Source of the DNA: Lingula anatina
Taxonomy: Eukaryota; Animalia; Brachiopoda
DNA length: 64,000 nucleotides
Direction of reading: 5' to 3'
Assembly (NCBI GenBank): GCA_051362555.1
Contig: CM120642.1
Span: 13,826,001 to 13,890,000 of the forward strand
Shown: piece after piece, positions 61,701-64,000 of the stretch
How positions within the stretch are numbered: position 1 is the first letter of the stretch
Layout of the letters: each line of letters begins with the position of its first letter
The notes under the pieces: model-generated
Seen by the model: the letters and a program-made list of their open reading frames with translations, nothing else
Databases searched by the model: none
What the model was told of the DNA's origin: nothing
Program-made: the position numbers and the translations under genes

Positions 61701-64000
61701 ATTTGAGATTACTGGGGAAAAAAACTGCACAACTTCAGGGGATTTCTTCTGGGAGCATACATATACCAAATGGTAATTTTATCCACACTACTTGAAAATG
61801 AAGGCGGATCTTTCCTTGGGAAAGCCTAGATTTTAATGATGTTCAAATTTATTTTATACTAAAAGATACCAAAGATTAAGTTGTTCAATTTGAGGATAAA
61901 AAGTATAGTGTAGACAGAGCTAGTTCATCCCATTCAAAAACCTGTCTCAGTCTCTTTTTCTTGTCTTGTCTGTCGCCATTTAAGAGTTCATTGGGTTCCT
62001 GTTACCCATTCTCTTCACATACAACCATTGTGTGTAGCCCCTGTTTCCTCCACCCATTACATAATGCAACAGAACCTTAGATTGAATGTTTTGGGTTGGT
62101 CAGAAGGCCTGACCATCATATATATATATACACTAATGGTGGCTAGAGAAATTTCTTTGTACCTCCACAGCCTAATGGTCTCATTAAACCTTCCCCCATC
62201 TCCATAACTGCTCTTTAATCGCAGAGCACCCTGTGACAGCATTATGAGTTCTAATGACATTTTCGTGTTTAAACGTTAAACTGTTAAAGAGAAGAACACA
62301 TCAAAGCAGTGCTTTTTAATGAAGGTTGGGACATTTTTTGTGCATTTAGCGCTCTTGTTTTTGTGCACTTTTTGAGATTCTTCTTAGATCAAGGGATAAA
62401 TGTTTGATGTTCTGTGTCTGTTAATAAGCCCACACACACAAGCATACGTATAGATCAGTAGACCACTAAATGAGCATCTACTAAAAAATAATAATAATAA
62501 TAATAAGGAATTAAATTGCTCTCTTCACCAGGACATCATTATAACATCAGTTTTCTTTTGATTTTCAAAAATGCTTGCTTATTTACAGTTCATGTCCAGT
62601 GCCATAACAAAAAGAGAAAACTGAATGAAAGATGGCTTTGCTCTATTTCACTGGAAAATTTTATAACTTCATGCAGCGTTAGTCACATATTATTAGAGAT
62701 GTCGTTTTTCCTTTGTGAAAAATCTGCCTGTATGTAATGACATTAGAATGGCTCCTTATTACTCACAATACATGTAACTGCTATAAGTGGATGGCATGGT
62801 CTTTTTTCCAGGCTTTGTGGTTTTTGTGTTTGAATGATTTATTCCACCCATGTTAAACATCCAGTATTTCTATGGCACACATGCATTTATTAATTTTCCA
62901 TAACATAACGTATAATCAGTTCATGTAGGAAATTAACCCTATTGGTAACAATAGCATTTACACTGATATGAATTGCAATTTACTTAATATCAAATATAGA
63001 TACAAGTTTGCTTTTAAACAATATGTGTGAGTTTTGAGGATTATCTGGCCTGGTTTTTTACTGACTATGGAAGGAAGCACTTGATTAGCTCCAAACTTGA
63101 AAAGAAATGACCTTTCACATTATTTGAGTTGACAAGAGCAAAGCTTTAAACAAGGAAGAAAAACAAGGGCAGTCTGGTAGACTTCCCTGTCTCTCAGTCT
63201 GGAGTTGCCACCTCAGATATAAAATACATTTTGAAAACCAGTTTTTTATGAAGCAACACAAAGCGGCAGACAACCAAACTTTAAAAAATCTATATCTTTG
63301 GAGTTTTCCACCTAGTGATGTTAAATGTTAACATAATCTAGGTTTTAAGAGAGAAAGGAAGGTAAAAATGTAAACCTTTCTTTGTTATCTAGAACAAAAC
63401 ATCTAGGAAGGATTAAGTGAAGTCATGCTCAGTACAGGAGTGACTTGCACCGACAAAAATTAGACTGACTGTGACATGATGAAAAAAGGCCTTGGGGTTT
63501 CTATTATGCAACAAAGATTCCTATCGTAGAGAATCGTTCAATGCAGTTAATATTTCTAGTATACCTTAGTCAATTTGTGAACATGCACCAACATAGGTTT
63601 TAGTAAAAGTCATGCCTTTGTTCAGAACTGTACTGGCTTGAAGCAAATAGTATATCAGTGGAGATTGGGTTGAGATAATTATTATGAACTGAAGTCAAAT
63701 TGAAAGGGTTAGTAAGTCACCCTAGCCCACAGGGCATTGGGCAGTAGTTTTCCAAACTGAATTGTAAGAATTACAGTTTAGCTGGCATGATTAGGTGGAA
63801 AATTGTAGTGCGTACAGAAATTTCTTAGGGACCAACTTGACACCTCCCCTCTTCCTCTAATCAGTAGAGAGCATGGGTGGTAAAGCGTCAGGTTAAAGAA
63901 TGTTTCAAGATAGTGGTCAGTTTTTAATAAGGAAAAGAAAATACTATTTCATATACTTTTACACATTTCTGAATACATTTCAATATTCCTTTAAATAAAT

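Noticed and set aside
846-62737. Remaining 60-145 aa ORFs in the track
   Set aside because: Low-complexity Phe/Ile/Leu/Lys-rich translations expected from AT-rich introns; no homology or splice support.
1-64000. CRISPR arrays, tRNA/rRNA genes, transposase or reverse-transcriptase ORFs
   Set aside because: No repeat-spacer arrays, recognisable structural RNA genes or mobile-element proteins seen by eye; small ncRNAs cannot be excluded without a covariance-model (Rfam/Infernal) search.

Overview
Eukaryotic, AT-rich, intron-rich animal genomic DNA, probably from a lophotrochozoan or mollusc-like invertebrate (inference). There are no prokaryotic features. Three spliced genes are present. (1) The 3' half of a Cav2 (cacophony; CACNA1A/B/E co-ortholog) voltage-gated calcium channel alpha-1 gene on + (3305-43483), from the end of the II-III linker through domains III and IV, the EF-hand/IQ region and a C-terminus ending in DDWC. 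(2) A complete SIN1/MAPKAP1 (mTORC2 subunit) gene on - (47326-52764, 11 coding exons). (3) The first two exons of a PBX/extradenticle TALE homeobox gene on +, head-to-head with SIN1. The main finding is that most of the domain IV voltage sensor of Cav2 (S1-S2 loop through S4-S5 linker) is encoded by three consecutive clusters of tandemly duplicated, phase-0, apparently mutually exclusive exons: 3 versions of S1-S2 loop+S2, 2 of S3 and 2 of S4 with different gating-charge patterns. This allows up to 12 combinatorial sensors. Each cluster has an internal intron with nested inverted complementarity (candidate RNA-structure switches). Several frame-preserving microexon candidates, a small TIR element family with 5-bp TSDs and a TALE-motif cluster in the PBX intron were also seen. 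All exon boundaries were read by eye from GT/AG sites and reading-frame continuity; no transcript data were available.
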